The notes beneath the pieces are model-generated. The model was not told the origin of the DNA. It did no database searches and saw nothing but the letters and a program-made list of their open reading frames with translations. Below, in pieces: positions 19,794 through 30,836 of a stretch of DNA of 64,000 bases. The DNA comes from Paenibacillus sp. (GTDB taxonomy: Bacteria > Bacillota > Bacilli > Paenibacillales > NBRC-103111), in contig JAPSLM010000006.1 in assembly GCA_031180825.1 (NCBI GenBank), positions 171,516 through 235,515 of the forward strand, read 5' to 3'. Both the position numbers and the translations under genes were made by a program. The stretch's first letter is position 1. Each line of letters begins with the position of its first letter.

Positions 19794-22130
19794 CTACTCC
19801 TGCATCGTCCGTCCTCTCGCCGCCCTCTGCCCCTTCAGCACGTACGTCCGCCCGCCTTCCGCCTCGAACGAAAGCACGCCGTCACACAACTCGGCTGTCA
19901 CCTTCACCGCTTCGCCGTCCGTGACCACGGCCGATACGGCCGTCTGCGTCCGAACCCGACAGATGCCGCCGTGTCCGGCGCGAATCGTTGCTTCCGTCAG
20001 CCGGTGGCCGTCCCAAGTCAGGCCAACCTCATAGCCGCCTCGCGCCCGCAGCCCGTAGACGCGGCCCGACGGCCAAGCCTTCGGCAGCGCAGGCAGCAGC
20101 GCCAGCTCTCCTCCGTGAGACTGCAGCAGCATTTCCGCGATCCCGGCCGTGCCGCCGAAGTTGCCGTCAATCTGGAACGGGGGATGCGCGTCGAACAGAT
20201 TCGGGTACGTGGACTGAGCAAGCAGCGCCGCTACGTTGTCGTACGCCTTGTCGCCTTCGCCGAGCCGCGCCCAGAAGCTGATCATCCACGCCCGGCTCCA
20301 GCCGGTATGTCCTCCGCCGTGCGCGAGACGCCGCTCCAGCGTCCGCTTGGCCGCTTCCGCCAGCTCCGGCGTGCGGTGAAGGTGTATCATCTCGCCGGGA
20401 TGCAGCGCGAACAGCTGCGAGATGTGGCGGTGGCCCGGGTCGGCCTCCTCGTAATCCTCCAGCCACTCTATGATCTGGCCGTGCCGACCGATCCCGGGCT
20501 TCGGCAGCTTCGCCATGGCTTCCGCGAGCCGCTGGCGGAACGCCTCGTCCAGACCGAGCGCTGCCGCTGCTTCCCGGCACGCCTCGAACAAGGCGAAAGC
20601 GATCTGCGAATCCATCGCAGGCGCCATGCATAAATTGCCGGTCACTCCGCTTGGCAGCACGAACTTGTTCTCGGGCGATATCGACGGTCCCGACAACAGC
20701 CGCCCCTCCCCGTCCTCCACCAAATAGTCCAGCAGAAACTGCGCCGCCTCCTTCATGACCGGATATGCCCGGTCCGCCAGAAAGGAACGGTCAAGCCCGA
20801 AGCGGTAGTGCTCCCACAGATGAAGCGACAGCCAGGCTGCGCCCATCGGCCAAATCGAGGCGCTGACCAGAATGCCCTCCACATGCGTATCGCCCCACAG
20901 ATTCGTGTTGTGGTGCGCCATAAAGCCGCCGCAGCCGTATACCTCCCGCGCCGTGATCCGGCCGCTTTCGCGCATCCGCTCGATCAAATCGAACAACGGC
21001 TCGTGGCATTCCTGGAGATGGCATACTTCCGCAGGCCAATAGTTCATCTCCGTGTTGATATTAATCGTAAATTTCGATTCCCAAGGCGGCGTGTAGTTGT
21101 CGTTCCATATGCCCTGCAGCGTGGCTGCAAGCGAGCCGGGCCGCGAACAAGACAGCAGCAAATAGCGTCCGAATTGGAAAAAGATCTCCACCAGCCCCGG
21201 ATCATCCTGCCCTTCCTTCACGCGCTGCAGCCGCTCGTCCGTCGGCAGCGACGCCGTCGCTTCCGGCTCCGGCTTCGCCAGCTCCAAGCCGACCCGCCGG
21301 AAATAGCGGACGTAATCCTCCGTATGGGCGCGCTTCAGCTCTTCGTACGGCAGCGACGCCGCGCCAGCGATCTGCTCCAGGCAGACGGTTTTCGGATCGT
21401 CATGCCGGAACGTCGTGCCGGCCGCAAGCAAGAGGGTCACTGCATCCGCGCCTTCCACCGAGATAAAGTCGCCGATCGTCTTCACGCTGCCGCCCTCGGC
21501 AACCGCTTTCAGGACGGCGCTGATGCGGACGCCTTCCGTACCGCACTCGCCGGACAGGATCATCGTGTCTTCGCCGTATTTTTGGCTGCCCATATCGAAC
21601 GGGCGGCGCATCATATGCGTGCTGAACGTGAGGCTCCCCGGCTGGTCCGCCGTCAGCCGGACGGCCAGCACCTGATGGACCGCGCTGCTGAAATATTCCC
21701 GCGAGTAGCGGATGCCGTCCATGTCATAACGGACCCGCACGAGAGCCTGCTCCAGATCAAGCTCCCGCTCGTAGGCTTGCGGCGGCTTGTCTTGCCCGAG
21801 CATGTACAGGAGCAGATCGCCGAGCGGCTGGTACGGGTGCAAATATTTGGGCGCCGACATCATCGCCATCCGGGCCAAATGCTCGGCTTCCTGCTGCTTG
21901 CCTTCCATCAGCAGCCGCCGGATTTCCGGCACGTAGGCCCGTGCGACGGGATTATTCGCTTTTTTCGGTCCGCCGTACCAGACGGAATCTTCGTTTAATT
22001 GAATTTTTTCCTGCCCCGCCGTGCCGAACACCATGCCGCCGAGCCGGCCGCCCCCGATCGGAAACGCCTCCTCCCACCTGCGGGCCGGAGCCGAATACCA
22101 CAGCGCCAATCGGCTGGTACGTTCCTTCAT
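19794..22130 (-). CDS. GH95 alpha-L-fucosidase
   Basis: [59 protein letters not shown] motifs. Confidence 0.95.
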   Translation of the reverse strand: MKERTSRLALWYSAPARRWEEAFPIGGGRLGGMVFGTAGQEKIQLNEDSVWYGGPKKANNPVARAYVPEIRRLLMEGKQQEAEHLARMAMMSAPKYLHPYQPLGDLLLYMLGQDKPPQAYERELDLEQALVRVRYDMDGIRYSREYFSSAVHQVLAVRLTADQPGSLTFSTHMMRRPFDMGSQKYGEDTMILSGECGTEGVRISAVLKAVAEGGSVKTIGDFISVEGADAVTLLLAAGTTFRHDDPKTVCLEQIAGAASLPYEELKRAHTEDYVRYFRRVGLELAKPEPEATASLPTDERLQRVKEGQDDPGLVEIFFQFGRYLLLSCSRPGSLAATLQGIWNDNYTPPWESKFTININTEMNYWPAEVCHLQECHEPLFDLIERMRESGRITAREVYGCGGFMAHHNTNLWGDTHVEGILVSASIWPMGAAWLSLHLWEHYRFGLDRSFLADRAYPVMKEAAQFLLDYLVEDGEGRLLSGPSISPENKFVLPSGVTGNLCMAPAMDSQIAFALFEACREAAAALGLDEAFRQRLAEAMAKLPKPGIGRHGQIIEWLEDYEEADPGHRHISQLFALHPGEMIHLHRTPELAEAAKRTLERRLAHGGGHTGWSRAWMISFWARLGEGDKAYDNVAALLAQSTYPNLFDAHPPFQIDGNFGGTAGIAEMLLQSHGGELALLPALPKAWPSGRVYGLRARGGYEVGLTWDGHRLTEATIRAGHGGICRVRTQTAVSAVVTDGEAVKVTAELCDGVLSFEAEGGRTYVLKGQRAARGRTMQE

Positions 22131-22278
22131 CCGTCATCCCTCCCCTATGTCCTATTTATTGTAGCCGATAGCCGGGTGCAGGGATATGTATTTTCTTACG
22201 ATTTATTTGGACGAAAATAAGGTCCGGCCCCAAGGCTGCCCGCAGCCGGAATTTGGTTCGGCAATGCGGACAGCGCCG

Positions 22279-23163
22279 TCAAAGCGAGACGTGCTGCTCG
22301 CTCAGCCACGCCGCGATATGCTTTTTGAACTTTTGCGCCGCCGGAGACAGGTGCTTGAAGGATACGGCCGCCAGCACGATCGTGCGGTACGGGTCGCCTT
22401 CGAGGGCGATCATGTGAATGCCGTCCAGCGCCTCGTACAGCACCATAGCCGGCAAAATACTGATGCCGAGCCCGTTTTTCACCATCGCCATGATCGCTTG
22501 ATCTTCCAGTACCTCGTATTTAATGTTGAGCGACAGCCGGTTGATTTTGATGATGCGCAGCAGGTCGCTTTCCTTGCCCCACTTCGGCATAATGAACGGC
22601 TCCGCTTGCAGTTGGGCAAGCGACATAACGTTCATTTCGCGGTAAGGGGACTCGTCCGGCACGATGCAGAGCAGGTTGTCCCTGGTCAGCGGGATGATGT
22701 CCAAAGGCCGGGCCGCCGTGAGCGAGAGGAACCCGAAATCGACCGCGCCGCTCGTAATCCAATCGTTAATTTCGTCGTAGTCGCCCTCCAGCAGCTTAAT
22801 CTCGATGGCCGGGTGCTCCGCCTGGAACCGCTTCATAATGCCGGGCAGCCATTGGGTGGAAATGCTCGTGAAGGTGCCGATCCGCACCGTACCGGTCTCC
22901 AGCCCTTGAATCGATGCGACCTCCTGCTTGAGCAGCTCGCTTCGCTGGATAATGTCCCGGACATGCTTCAGCACGCGCGCTCCGTTCGGCGTCAGACCGA
23001 TCCCGGCGCGTCCCCGGGTCAGCAGGGCGAAGCCCCACTCCGACTCCAGGCTGGCAATGGCATGGCTGACCGCCGATTGGGTCAATCCGAGCTTCTCGGC
23101 CGTCCGGGTCAGGCTCCCCAGCTCGACGACCGCGCTGAATACTTCGTATTTGGCCAATGACAT
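22279..23163 (-). CDS. LysR family transcriptional regulator
   Basis: N-terminal HTH GSLT.TAE.LGLTQSAVSH.I..LE; divergent from DMT gene. Confidence 0.94.
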   Translation of the reverse strand: MSLAKYEVFSAVVELGSLTRTAEKLGLTQSAVSHAIASLESEWGFALLTRGRAGIGLTPNGARVLKHVRDIIQRSELLKQEVASIQGLETGTVRIGTFTSISTQWLPGIMKRFQAEHPAIEIKLLEGDYDEINDWITSGAVDFGFLSLTAARPLDIIPLTRDNLLCIVPDESPYREMNVMSLAQLQAEPFIMPKWGKESDLLRIIKINRLSLNIKYEVLEDQAIMAMVKNGLGISILPAMVLYEALDGIHMIALEGDPYRTIVLAAVSFKHLSPAAQKFKKHIAAWLSEQHVSL

Positions 23164-23286
23164 GGATCGTCTTCCTTTTCATGAAATTTATTCACATAAG
23201 ATATGATAAACATTCATTTTTCTTATTCATAGTGTACCGTTATACTAATCGATGTGTAAATACATATCGTGTTGGGAGCCAGACAG

Positions 23287-24192
23287 ATGAGAACGGAAAT
23301 TAAAGCGGATTTGATGATGCTGGGAGCGACGATGCTGTGGGCATCCTCGTATTTGTTTACCAAGGTCGGACTGCAATCGTTGGAGACCTTTAATCTCATT
23401 GCGTTACGGCTGTTGATTGCATTTCTGTTGTCGGCGCTTGTGTTTCACAAGCGCGTGCGGAGCGCCGGCTGGTCGACGTTGAGCTCCTCTTTTGTGCTGG
23501 GCTCGATCTTGTTTCTCAGCTTCGTGTTCATCACCTTTGGGGTCCGGTCGACCTCCGCTTCGAACGCGGGCTTTCTTGTCGGTCTTTCGGTGATCTTCGT
23601 TCCTATATTGTCCATCCTTTTCCTGAGAAAAAAACCGGAGGCGCGCCTGCTTCTGTGCATCGCACTCGCCATCGTCGGCATCGGCCTGCTGACGCTGACC
23701 TCGTCGCTGACGATCAATCAAGGGGATATTTACTGCATGGTCGGCTCGCTGCTGTTCGCCGTGCATATGCTCGTGACGGGCTCGGTCGTCAAACAGGGGG
23801 ATGCCATCGCCCTTGGCGTGCTGCAGCTCGGGTTCGCCGGACTGTGGGCGCTGTCCTTCTCCTTCCTGATGGAAACGCCGAAGCTGCCGGATACGTTCGA
23901 CTCTTGGACGTCGATCCTCGGCTTGAGCGTCTTATGCAGCGCCGTCGCCTTCGTTCTGCAGGCCACCGTGCAAAAGTACGCCTCGCCTACGCGCACGGCG
24001 CTGATTTTCGGCATGGAGCCGCTGTTCGCCGCGATCTTCGCCTTTGTTTTTGCCGGGGAAACGTTGACGTCCAGAGGATACGTCGGGGCGGCGCTGCTGC
24101 TGCTCAGCGTGTTTCTCGCGCAAACCGACGTAAAGAAGCTGTTCGACGGGAAGCGGCTCGCCGTCAAGAAGCACCGGCCGGTGAGCAAATAG
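23287..24192 (+). CDS. DMT/EamA family transporter
   Basis: About ten TM helices in two EamA repeats; start ATG 23287. Confidence 0.92.
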   Translation: MRTEIKADLMMLGATMLWASSYLFTKVGLQSLETFNLIALRLLIAFLLSALVFHKRVRSAGWSTLSSSFVLGSILFLSFVFITFGVRSTSASNAGFLVGLSVIFVPILSILFLRKKPEARLLLCIALAIVGIGLLTLTSSLTINQGDIYCMVGSLLFAVHMLVTGSVVKQGDAIALGVLQLGFAGLWALSFSFLMETPKLPDTFDSWTSILGLSVLCSAVAFVLQATVQKYASPTRTALIFGMEPLFAAIFAFVFAGETLTSRGYVGAALLLLSVFLAQTDVKKLFDGKRLAVKKHRPVSK

Positions 24193-24203
24193 CTTTGAAG
24201 GAT

Positions 24204-24395
24204 ATAGAGGAACGCAGATGCCTTATTCCTCGCTAAACACCGGCGTTTTTGAAAATAAGACATCTGCGATGCGTTAACCTGAACGTGTGGAGGTAAAATT
24301 ATACTTTTCGACAAACTTAGAGGAACATATATTCCTCTATCTACTGCGCTCCAATGTAAAAGGTGCAATTGCGTATCCGGGTTCCTCTATTTTCA
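24204..24395. repeat. Degenerate intergenic palindromic repeat (TAGAGGAAC / GTTCCTCTA units)
   Basis: TAGAGGAAC at ~24206 and ~24318, GTTCCTCTA at ~24381; hairpin arms GCAGATGCCTTATT / AATAAGACATCTGC. Confidence 0.45.
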
Positions 24396-24606
24396 TTACG
24401 TACGCTCTCCCGATTGCGAATTTCGACGCGTACGAATCCCGGGCGCGCGTTTCGGCGCTGCATAACAGGCGTTCGGCCTATGAAGGCAGCCTCTCACACT
24501 CCATGTCCCGCCAACAAGAAGATCCCGCCTGCTCCTTCAGAGAGCATGTGCAGGATCTTTTCATTTTCACTGCACCGGACAGACGCAATCCCGCCGGGCA
24601 GAAGCC

Positions 24607-25296
24607 TCAAATCTTAAACCGGTAACCCGCGCCCCAGATCGTATCGATGTACTGCGGATTGGATGGGTCCTGCTCGATTTTGTCCCGCAGCTTGTGGATG
24701 TGTACGGTGACGGTGGCGATGTCCCCGACCGAATCGCAGCCCCAGATGTGCTCGAACAGCTGATCCTTGCTGAACACGCGGTTCGGATTGGAGGCGAGAA
24801 ACGTCAGCAGATCGAATTCCCGGGTCGTAAACGTCACTTCCTCGTTGTTTACGAACACGCGGCGGGACGACTTGTCGATGAGAAGGCCGCGGATGCGGAT
24901 TTCCTCCGTCTGCGGCGCCCGGCTGCCGAGCAGCCGCTCGTAGCGCGACAGATGCGCCTTCACGCGGGCGACCAGTTCGCCCGGACTGAACGGCTTGATG
25001 ATGTAATCGTCGGCGCCGAGGCCAAGGCCGCGAATTTTGTCGATCTCTTCCTTTTTCGCGGACACCATCAGAATCGGGATATCGTGCCTATCGCGGATTT
25101 TCCGGCAAATCTCAAAACCGTCCACCTTGGGCAGCATCAGATCGAGAATAATGAGATCGTAGTTCCCCGTGAGCGCCTTCTTCAGCCCCTCGTCCCCGCT
25201 GTGCTCCATATCGGCCTGAAACCCGTTAATTTCGAGATAATCCCTCTCCAGCTCGGCAATGCTCGTTTCGTCTTCGATTATTAAAATACGTTTCAT
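24607..25296 (-). CDS. OmpR-family response regulator
   Basis: ILIIEDE, LDLMLP, GADDYI.KPF, winged-helix TIWGAGY. Confidence 0.95.
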   Translation of the reverse strand: MKRILIIEDETSIAELERDYLEINGFQADMEHSGDEGLKKALTGNYDLIILDLMLPKVDGFEICRKIRDRHDIPILMVSAKKEEIDKIRGLGLGADDYIIKPFSPGELVARVKAHLSRYERLLGSRAPQTEEIRIRGLLIDKSSRRVFVNNEEVTFTTREFDLLTFLASNPNRVFSKDQLFEHIWGCDSVGDIATVTVHIHKLRDKIEQDPSNPQYIDTIWGAGYRFKI

Positions 25297-25299
25297 CGC

Positions 25300-26784
25300 T
25301 CATTCCCCGCGCCCTGTAGTTTGATGGAGCGTAAAAAAGACGCTCGTGCCTTCGCCTAACGTGCTTTTGGCCTGAATCGTGCCGCCGTGCTCTTCGATAA
25401 TATGCTTCGCGATCGCCAGGCCCAGCCCGCTGCCTCCGGTGCCGCTGTTCCGCGACGGGTCCGCCCGGTAGAACCGGTCGAAAATATGCGGCAGCGCCTC
25501 CGGCGGAATGCCTTGACCGTTGTCCCTTACCTCCACGATGACCCGGTCGCCGTCTGGGCGCATCCGCAGCACGATGAGTCCCGCTTCCTTATCCATATAT
25601 TTGATGGCGTTGCCGATCAAATTGACCAGCACCCGCTTCAGCTTCTCCCGGTCGGCCGTAACCCACACCGGAGCTTGCGCCTCCGGAGCGTCGAACCGAA
25701 GCGTGACGCCTTTCTTTTCGATATCGGCGTGCAGCTGCATGTCGAGGGTGCAGTCCTGCAAAAAAGCATTTAAGTTCACCGGTTCAAAATGAAACGGCAG
25801 TTTCTTCAAATCCAGCTTAGAGAACAAAAACAGCTCGTCGATCAGATGATCCATCTGAACGGCTTTGTCATATATCGTTTTCAAATATTTATCAAGCTTA
25901 TCCGGCGAGTTGGATACGCCGTCCATAATGCCTTCCACGTAGCCTTTAATGGCGGTCACCGGCGTTTTCAGATCGTGCGAGATGTTGGAAATCAGCTCCT
26001 TGCGGTTCTCTTCGTACCTGAGCTGCACGTCGACGGATTGCTTCAGCCTCCGGCGCATCTGCTCGAAGGACGCCGCCAGCTCGCCGATCTCGTCCTTCGC
26101 CTGCGGCTTCACCTCAAAATCGAGATTGCCTTCCCGAATCTCGCCTGCGGCACGCTGCAATTGACGAAGCGGACGAATCACGCTCCGCGAGACCCAATAC
26201 GTCAGCAAGCCGTTGGTCAGCACGAGAATAACGAGCAGCGAAATGAAAAACGCCGAGGTGTAGGTGCGGGCAAACTTGCCGATAAAATTCATGTCCGTGG
26301 CGATAAAGACGCTCCCCGGACTGCCGTCCTTGAACCGGAAATCGTACTGCCGGGACAAGAACCACGGGCCCCGGTCCTTCATCGCGTGGCCGTTGTGATC
26401 CGTATCCGCCGCCCCGTACGGCGGCAAATTGCGCAGCAGCCCCGCCTTGTTCAGCTTCTCCGAGACGTAGACGACGCTCTCCTGCTTGCGGACGACCAGC
26501 CCCATATTAATCGGCTTCAGCCGCTCTTCGAACTGCGCTGCTGTCGCCGGGTTTAGCAAAGAATCCGGATCTTCCGCCGTCCTGAGCTTTAATTCGGCGC
26601 CGATGGCGGCTTCCTTCTCGATCACTTCCTTGATGGGATTCCGGCTCTCCGTATCGATGTCGTATAGCGACCGGACGTTGCCGAAAAAAGCGGCGACAAT
26701 GATCAAAAAAGCGACCCCGGCAAGAATGACCGGCACGATAAGCATCAAGAAATAAGAAAGCACCAACCGGACTTTGATGGACAT
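25300..26784 (-). CDS. HAMP-containing sensor histidine kinase
   Basis: Two TM, HAMP, SHDLKTP H-box, NLIGNA, DNGQGI, GSGLGL. Confidence 0.95.
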   Translation of the reverse strand: MSIKVRLVLSYFLMLIVPVILAGVAFLIIVAAFFGNVRSLYDIDTESRNPIKEVIEKEAAIGAELKLRTAEDPDSLLNPATAAQFEERLKPINMGLVVRKQESVVYVSEKLNKAGLLRNLPPYGAADTDHNGHAMKDRGPWFLSRQYDFRFKDGSPGSVFIATDMNFIGKFARTYTSAFFISLLVILVLTNGLLTYWVSRSVIRPLRQLQRAAGEIREGNLDFEVKPQAKDEIGELAASFEQMRRRLKQSVDVQLRYEENRKELISNISHDLKTPVTAIKGYVEGIMDGVSNSPDKLDKYLKTIYDKAVQMDHLIDELFLFSKLDLKKLPFHFEPVNLNAFLQDCTLDMQLHADIEKKGVTLRFDAPEAQAPVWVTADREKLKRVLVNLIGNAIKYMDKEAGLIVLRMRPDGDRVIVEVRDNGQGIPPEALPHIFDRFYRADPSRNSGTGGSGLGLAIAKHIIEEHGGTIQAKSTLGEGTSVFFTLHQTTGRGE

Positions 26785-26796
26785 CGCTTCGGTCTC

Positions 26797-27549
26797 CTAG
26801 TATTGTTTTCGCTCGAAGATGGTATAGCCCCCTGTAAAAAACAATATACAACAAGCGGCCAGAAACATAAAGACGTTCAGGATTTTGCCGGACGCTACGG
26901 AGGCCCCGAGCCACAGCATATGCCAGTCGGTGTAAGCCGCAGGGGTGTATACCGCCAGCGCGGGCACGAAGTAAGCGCCGAGCTTCGCCGAAGCGTACAG
27001 CAGAATGCAGACGGTCAGCGCGCCGCTGCCGTTTTTGAAAAATTGGGCGATAAAAGCCGCAGCAAGTCCGAGCGTGAACAGAGGCAGCAGCGACGTAACA
27101 TAAGCGGCGGCCGTCCGGCCCAGCCCTTGCCCAACCGCGCCCGCGCCACTCAGAAACAGCAGGCTTGCCTCCGATACGACAAAGGCAGCCGCCAGATGAA
27201 GCACCGCATACCCAAACATGGCGGCCAGCTTGGACGCGAACGCTTGAAATCTCGTGATTGGGCGCGTTAAGAGCAGCTTCATCGTCTTGTCGCCCGTTTC
27301 TCCGGCGAACATGTCGGCCGCCGTCATGAAAAGCAGCAGCGGCAAATAGACGGCGGTATAAAAGCCGAGCAGCACGACCGGGAAATCCGCGGAGGTCAGC
27401 GCCGCTACGCCGAGGCCGAATTGAACCTGCGAGGCGGCGGCCGCCGCAGCTATGGGAATCAGTGCGGTGAGAACGAGAAAAACCAGCGTTTTGCGCCGGG
27501 CCAGCAGCTTGACCAGCTCGTTTACCGTATTCGCGTAAAGTCTAGGCAT
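26797..27549 (-). CDS. ABC-2 type transporter permease
   Basis: Six TM, E...KT.KLLLTRP.TR....SK motif; start ATG 27549. Confidence 0.88.
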   Translation of the reverse strand: MPRLYANTVNELVKLLARRKTLVFLVLTALIPIAAAAAASQVQFGLGVAALTSADFPVVLLGFYTAVYLPLLLFMTAADMFAGETGDKTMKLLLTRPITRFQAFASKLAAMFGYAVLHLAAAFVVSEASLLFLSGAGAVGQGLGRTAAAYVTSLLPLFTLGLAAAFIAQFFKNGSGALTVCILLYASAKLGAYFVPALAVYTPAAYTDWHMLWLGASVASGKILNVFMFLAACCILFFTGGYTIFERKQY

Positions 27550-28285
27550 GCGCCTCCGCCCTCCTTTCTTCGCGCACTTGCTCCATAAAATAATTCTCCA
27601 ACGTCGTCGGGTTCGGACCGCGGACGATATCCGCAACGAAATCTTCCCGAATCAGCCTTCCGTTATACAAAATGCCGATCCGGCTGCACAACTGCTCCAT
27701 CTCGGTAATCAGATGACTGGATAAGAAAAACGTAATGTGCTGCTCACGGGCCAGCCGGGCGATCAATTCGCGCATCTCCACCATGCCCTCAATATCGAGC
27801 CCGTTCGTCGGCTCATCCAGAATGAGGAGCTCCGGCTCGGACAAGATCGCCGCGGCGACGCCCAAGCGCTGCTTCATGCCCAGCGAGTATTGGCTCACTT
27901 TCTCGTGCTTAAAGGCGGCAAGCCCCACCAGCTCCAGCACCTCGTCGATCCGTTTGCGGGGCAGCTGCGGGTAAAACCGGGCGGCGAGCTCCAAATTTTT
28001 GTAGCCGCTCATGTAATCGTAAGCGTCCGCCGTTTCGATCAGCACGCCCACTTTGCTCATTGCTCTCACAAAGTCGGCGGCCGCATCGTGCCCGAACAAG
28101 CGCACCTGCCCCCGGTCCGCCCGGCACAATCCGGCAATGATTTTCATCACGGTCGTTTTGCCGGCCCCGTTCGGACCGAAAAATCCGTAAATATCTCCGC
28201 GCTGCACCTGCAGCGTAATATGTTCCACGCCGCGCCGGTTGGCGTAAATTTTGGTCAATCCGTCAAGCTCCAGGACGGCTTCCAT
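27542..28285 (-). CDS. ABC transporter ATP-binding protein (BcrA/lantibiotic-immunity-like)
   Basis: GPNGAGKTT, YSLGMKQR, LDEPTNGLD, SSH. Confidence 0.93.
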   Translation of the reverse strand: MEAVLELDGLTKIYANRRGVEHITLQVQRGDIYGFFGPNGAGKTTVMKIIAGLCRADRGQVRLFGHDAAADFVRAMSKVGVLIETADAYDYMSGYKNLELAARFYPQLPRKRIDEVLELVGLAAFKHEKVSQYSLGMKQRLGVAAAILSEPELLILDEPTNGLDIEGMVEMRELIARLAREQHITFFLSSHLITEMEQLCSRIGILYNGRLIREDFVADIVRGPNPTTLENYFMEQVREERRAEAHA

Positions 28286-28375
28286 CGGCTCATCTCCTTA
28301 TTAGCAAAGCTCAAGCTAGTCGCGGACGGCGAAGGACAGCTCGGGCCGCCCTTCGTCCCGCCGCAGGTACCGCGC

Positions 28376-29272
28376 TTATTCCCCGTGCTTTTTCACATCG
28401 ATCGTCTTCACTTGCTTACCGTTCAGATCGACGTGATCCGGCGTCGTGCCGTTGAAGTTGGACAAGCCGAAATCGGCGGCAACGACGACTTCATGGGCAA
28501 CGCCTTGCGCATCCTTGCCGCTGATCGTCAGCGTCATCTGCTGCTTCTCGATCCGATTGTCCGCGTTGACTTTGGCAGCCAGATCGAACTTGTCGATCTT
28601 TACGTCCTGCGTCAGCTTCGGCATGCTATCGTGAAGCCCCTGAAATTTATCGCCAAAAGGCCCTTGCATGTCGCCTCTGTGCTCCTCGGCGTTCGCCGCC
28701 TGTTTCACCACGAGCGATCCGATCGCATTCGCCACCGCCGGAATTTGGCTTCCATTCAGCTGCATCGCGATGTTCTTCGTCCCGTCCGCTTGCGGCGACA
28801 ACGTGACATAATCCTTCAGGTTGCCGACCAGCGCATCGACGACATTCTCGACCTCGGCGCTAATGCCGTCCGGAGCTTGTCCGCGGTGTTCGCCCGCTTT
28901 CTCCTTCCATTCTTTTCCTTCGATGATATTGTACACGTTGTTGTCACTCGCTTTGACGATTTGCTTGCCGTCCTGCCGGTAGAGGCTCACTCCCTGATTT
29001 GCTCCGCCGCCGCTGAGGTTGATTTCCGCGCTCATTTCGTTCTTCGCCTTGTCCGCCTTGACGGTCGACTGCACGTCGAACAGCTTCGTTCCGTTATCGT
29101 TTACTGTCACCTTCATTTGCTTCGTCACGTTTTGGACCGCGAACGTTTCCTTGACGGCCGACTTGTAGGCGTCGTACCCCGGGGCGTCTCCAAGCCCCGC
29201 ATAGGCGGAACCGATCAGAAGCAGGCTTCCGACGGCTGCACTGACTCCGGTTAATGCGATTCGTTTGTTCAT
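28376..29272 (-). CDS. Secreted protein of unknown function, first gene of ABC/two-component operon
   Basis: Signal peptide MNKRIALTG...SAYA after AAGGAGG; start set at ATG 29272. Confidence 0.82.
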   Translation of the reverse strand: MNKRIALTGVSAAVGSLLLIGSAYAGLGDAPGYDAYKSAVKETFAVQNVTKQMKVTVNDNGTKLFDVQSTVKADKAKNEMSAEINLSGGGANQGVSLYRQDGKQIVKASDNNVYNIIEGKEWKEKAGEHRGQAPDGISAEVENVVDALVGNLKDYVTLSPQADGTKNIAMQLNGSQIPAVANAIGSLVVKQAANAEEHRGDMQGPFGDKFQGLHDSMPKLTQDVKIDKFDLAAKVNADNRIEKQQMTLTISGKDAQGVAHEVVVAADFGLSNFNGTTPDHVDLNGKQVKTIDVKKHGE

Positions 29273-29437
29273 GGTTTCTTCCTCCTTAGGATTGGGGTTT
29301 GAAAGCATCTCCGGCTTCCATACTTCCATCCTAACGGGAAGAGCTAAACATTCTAGAAACCGGGGATTAGCCGTTTCTAAACAAATCCTTAAAACTTTAT
29401 TAACCAGACGCCCCGTTTCCCCGCCGGAAATAGGAAA

Positions 29438-29701
29438 AACCCCGGATCGCTCTGATCCGGAGAGCTTGTTGAGAAAGTTGTTCATCGTGAGATAGATATT
29501 ACGAGTGGGGTGAGGGATCTACTTCCGGTCGCTGTTGTCCGCAGGAAATTTTTATTTTAAGCCGCTTAACAGCGGGTATTTCCTGCAGACAAAGGCGAAC
29601 GCTTTCGCTCCTCCAGTAGATCCCCCACCTCCGTAAGTATCTCTATTTTTGTCAAAACCGCTTACTCAACACTCTGAACCCCGGATCGCTCTGATCCAGA
29701 G
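29438..29701. mobile_element. Palindromic MITE/REP-like element flanked by a 25 bp direct repeat
   Basis: AACCCCGGATCGCTCTGATCC(G/A)GAG at 29438-29462 and 29677-29701, enclosing nested inverted arms. Confidence 0.75.
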
Positions 29702-29758
29702 TGGTGGGATCCGGCTACGATTTAACAAGATACCGGCAGCGTTGTTAAGTCTATCGGC

Positions 29759-30691
29759 TTATGTCTGCCGAACGTCAACCGCCGGTTCAAGCACGGTCAG
29801 CGTATTGTTGAGCGTGTTCAAGTTCACCGTCGCCCCGAACGGAATGGCGGCTTTGTAGTAGCCGTGTCCGGTTGCGAGATTCGTCAGAAGGGGCTTGCCG
29901 AGAGGAGCAACGAATTCGTTGACTACATCTTCGTAGGACTTGCCGTAGGCAGCCGGACACTCCGTACATTCGCCCATGACGATGCCAAGACAGTCCTGAA
30001 ATTTCCCGGCCAGCTTCAAATGATTCAGGTATCTGTATACCGTATTGGCCGGCTCGTGGGTATCTTCCAGAAACAGCACCTTTCCCCTCGTATCGATCTC
30101 GTAAGGCGTACCCAACGTATCGACAACGGAGGTCAGATTGCCTCCAACGATCGGTCCGGTGACATTCCCCGGCACACGGCTGACCAGTGGAACATTCGGC
30201 GGATTTAGAATGGGACGGTACGCAGACATGGACGATACAGCGGTAAAAAACTGGTCGAAATTATACGCAGGGGTGGCTGGATTGAAATCAATCAGCATGA
30301 GGCTGTGAAAGGAAATGAGTCCGCTATACCGGTACAGCGCGTTCAGAAGAAATGTCACGTCGCTGTAGCCGGTCATAATTTTCGGATGGCTTCGGATGAT
30401 GCGGAAATCGAGGTAAGGCAGCATACCGGCCACGCCCACACCGCCGCGGATGGGAAGAATCATGTTGACCTGCGGATTGGCGAACATCGTCATCAAGTCG
30501 TACGCCCGCTCCTGATCGGTACCCGCAAGAAAGCCGTTACGGGCATACACGTACCGTCCCAAGACGACCTGAAACCCCATTTCTCTTAATACCTGGACGC
30601 GCGCATCGATCACGTCGGCCTCCAGCGGACTGCCCATGGCAACGACTCCGATGGTATCGCCTCTTCGCAGCGCAGGCGGTCTTATGGCCAT
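29759..30691 (-). CDS. Peptidase S66 LD-carboxypeptidase (LdcA/MccF family)
   Basis: RGG.G, GYSDVT nucleophile, GGNL, LFLED, GHG; start ATG 30691. Confidence 0.92.
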   Translation of the reverse strand: MAIRPPALRRGDTIGVVAMGSPLEADVIDARVQVLREMGFQVVLGRYVYARNGFLAGTDQERAYDLMTMFANPQVNMILPIRGGVGVAGMLPYLDFRIIRSHPKIMTGYSDVTFLLNALYRYSGLISFHSLMLIDFNPATPAYNFDQFFTAVSSMSAYRPILNPPNVPLVSRVPGNVTGPIVGGNLTSVVDTLGTPYEIDTRGKVLFLEDTHEPANTVYRYLNHLKLAGKFQDCLGIVMGECTECPAAYGKSYEDVVNEFVAPLGKPLLTNLATGHGYYKAAIPFGATVNLNTLNNTLTVLEPAVDVRQT

Positions 30692-30836
30692 ATGCCCACC
30701 TTCCTCTCCCAAAGCGTCGTGCGACTTCCGTCTTTTCAAGTATATGGGAGTACGTATCCGGGCATCCCTATTTTGCGAAGCGGATAAAAATGATTTATCG
30801 GAGGCTCGGGACAATTGAGTCCCATGCCTTATGGCC

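Noticed and set aside
20808-23160. 396 aa and 324 aa plus-strand ORFs
   Set aside because: Shadows of GH95 and LysR, which carry clear family motifs on the minus strand.
27737-29254. 505 aa plus-strand ORF
   Set aside because: Antisense shadow of the ABC ATPase and secreted-protein genes; no motifs; expected in GC-rich DNA.
29438-29701. CRISPR array
   Set aside because: Only two repeats about 215 bp apart around a palindromic insert; no cas genes in the window.
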